Shown: positions 62,400 to 64,000 of the stretch, in pieces
Layout: every line of letters starts with the position of its first letter
How positions within the stretch are numbered: position 1 is the stretch's first letter
Assembly: GCA_011109175.1 (NCBI GenBank)
Contig: RDEW01000005.1
Coordinates: forward strand, 904,903 to 968,902
DNA length: 64,000 nucleotides
DNA from: Dicyema japonicum
Taxonomy: Eukaryota; Animalia; Dicyemida
Reading direction: 5' to 3'
Notes under the pieces: model-generated
Seen by the model: only the letters and a program-made list of their open reading frames with translations
Databases searched by the model: none
Told to the model about the DNA's origin: nothing
Program-made: the position numbers and the translations under genes

Positions 62400-63600
62400 T
62401 TAAATTTGACAATTAGGAGTGGGATCAAGCAACCTTACCAGTTCGCTTTGGTAGACTGGGAATTTCTTCACCAACGCATTTAGCACACTCTGCATATCAA
62501 TCTTCCTTGTGCTCCAGTTAGCTGTCGATTAAAATGATTCTCCAACTCCCAACAGAATCTTCATAGATATGAAGCATCTGAAAGTCAAGCTACCTGAGCA
62601 TAGAGGCCTCAACAGGTCTAAGATAAATATGTGAGGCTTATGAACCAATCAATTCAACACTGACCCGCCTGTTTAGTGACTGGAAGATGCGAATGGAGTG
62701 GCGCTTGGATCAATGCCTTCCCAGTCGGAAACGTCGGGTCGCACCTTGACGACGATACTGTTCGCACCGGTCTCTTCATTAGACTTGGACTAAGATTTGT
62801 AAGACTCACAAGTTTCGATGCGGTGGTACCGTCGACTGTTGTGGTTATGATGCCCATTCTTGCCGAAAAGGCGCAGGACGATTCCAAGACATAAGGCGAT
62901 CAACGGAACTTAAAAGCGAGTCTGAAATCTACTGGATATTCCTCTATAAAATAAGTAATCATTCCGCGTGGTGCAATGTGGTTAGTTGGTCAAAAATTAT
63001 TTTCCTTTCCTCCGATGGCGTCATTGGATCCACCTTACTGAGGAGACGCAATTCCTGGCCGGCATCAAGAGGATCCAACTATTCTTTCCCCGGGGACAAT
63101 GTTGTTACTTGGAGACAAGTGCTGGAACCCTGGAACGAGTTAGGATCAAGGAGTTAGTTAGTTTGGTTACTCTTGGTCTTTGGAATAATTTTAATTTTTT
63201 AAATTCTTAATTCCATACTAGAACCGGTTTGCCTAGACAGATGAGACAAAATTACAATCTTTCCATTCGATGAGGAAAAGCCATTGATATGAGATGCCAC
63301 GTGCACCGACCCCATTTGTCCATCCAACATTGTCGGAAACGCGGTAGACGCAACGTGTGCCACGAAAAAGAAATGAAAGCAAAAAATAAAATTACGAAAC
63401 CATGCACGATCGGTTCACGTTCTGTCCCATCGTAGTTGAGACAACCTGAAAAATAAGCTGGAAATTGTTTAGTTTCCTAGAGAAGCTGCTACAACTGGCT
63501 ACACTAAAAAGCCATGACGGACCTGAGATTCGGTGACTTCTCTATTTGATTTTTGTTTCAATCGTAAGAGGCAACGCAATGTCGATTATGTCGGCGGGGA
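62400..63600 (+). mobile_element. CRE-like retrotransposon remnant interrupted by the SINE-like element
   Basis: WDQATLPVRFGRLG, WSGAWINAFPVGNVG, GYSSI|LEPVCL split by the insertion, and FPFDEEKPLI*DATCTD. Confidence 0.7.
62950..63205 (+). mobile_element. SINE-like element copy
   Basis: Head CCGCGTGGTGCAATGTGGTTAGTTGG and a core shared with 12270-12503 and 53021-53082. It interrupts CRE coding sequence. Confidence 0.75.
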
Positions 63601-64000
63601 TCATTTTTGATTGATTTCTGTGTTTTTTAATAAAAATAATTAATTAAAAGTAAAAAATGACATTTATGGCAACTAAAATGAATTAAAACTCAAAAGGCTC
63701 CAGGGACCGCATAAGATTTTGAGTATACAAGCGGGCCACACTAACAAATCTGAAAAACACCGTAATCTTATTGAAATTTATTTAATAATTTGAAAGCCTA
63801 CTACAACAGATATATTACGCTTACGCTCCAAAACACCAAATATAACAATTTTAATCATTTTTTCAACATCATCATTTTCACTTTTTAGTCTGTTTTCCTG
63901 AGGTGCCTCTTTTTCATGTATTAGCAGTTCCAACCTTGATGAGGCTGAGTTCATAGATTGCAGAAGCGACATGGGTTGCTATATATTTGAAAAACTTGCC

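Noticed and set aside
63030-63080. Hammerhead ribozyme suggested by CTGAGGA/CTGAAGA
   Set aside because: No GAAA core follows a stem II, and the CUGANGA motif is absent from the 53-kb copy.
1-64000. CRISPR arrays, rRNA or prokaryotic operons
   Set aside because: No regularly spaced direct repeats or rRNA-like sequence seen; gene structure is eukaryotic.

Overview
AT-rich eukaryotic (animal-type) genomic DNA with very small GT-AG introns (23-27 nt). This is most consistent with a compacted parasite genome such as a myxozoan cnidarian (inference, not established). The window is dominated by non-LTR retrotransposon copies: RTE, Jockey/I-like, CRE-like and one R4-like. It also holds a Ginger-like integrase DNA transposon, a short SINE-like family and several host genes or pseudogenes: ZYG11/ZER1-like, two tetraspanins, an SSDP/LUFS-domain protein, a PIH1D2-like gene, a myotubularin and a DNAJB6-like gene. 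The main structure is a ~38-kb interrupted palindrome with left arm 14484-27332, spacer 27333-31751 and right arm 31752-52823. The arms differ by retroelement insertions and microhomology-flanked deletions, and their gene copies have decayed in complementary ways. The left outer edge coincides with a transposon terminus. Other highlights: a SINE-like element with an HDV-ribozyme-like pseudoknot and a LINE-derived tail, compensatory hairpins at both ends of the RTE elements, an SSDP-like protein with an N/Q/Y-rich region and a C-terminal hydrophobic helix, and a myotubularin with a dead catalytic loop. Caveats: single-base indels are frequent and may partly be consensus errors, identities are by-eye estimates, family assignments are from motif recognition without database searches, and boundaries not fixed by TSDs or junctions are approximate.
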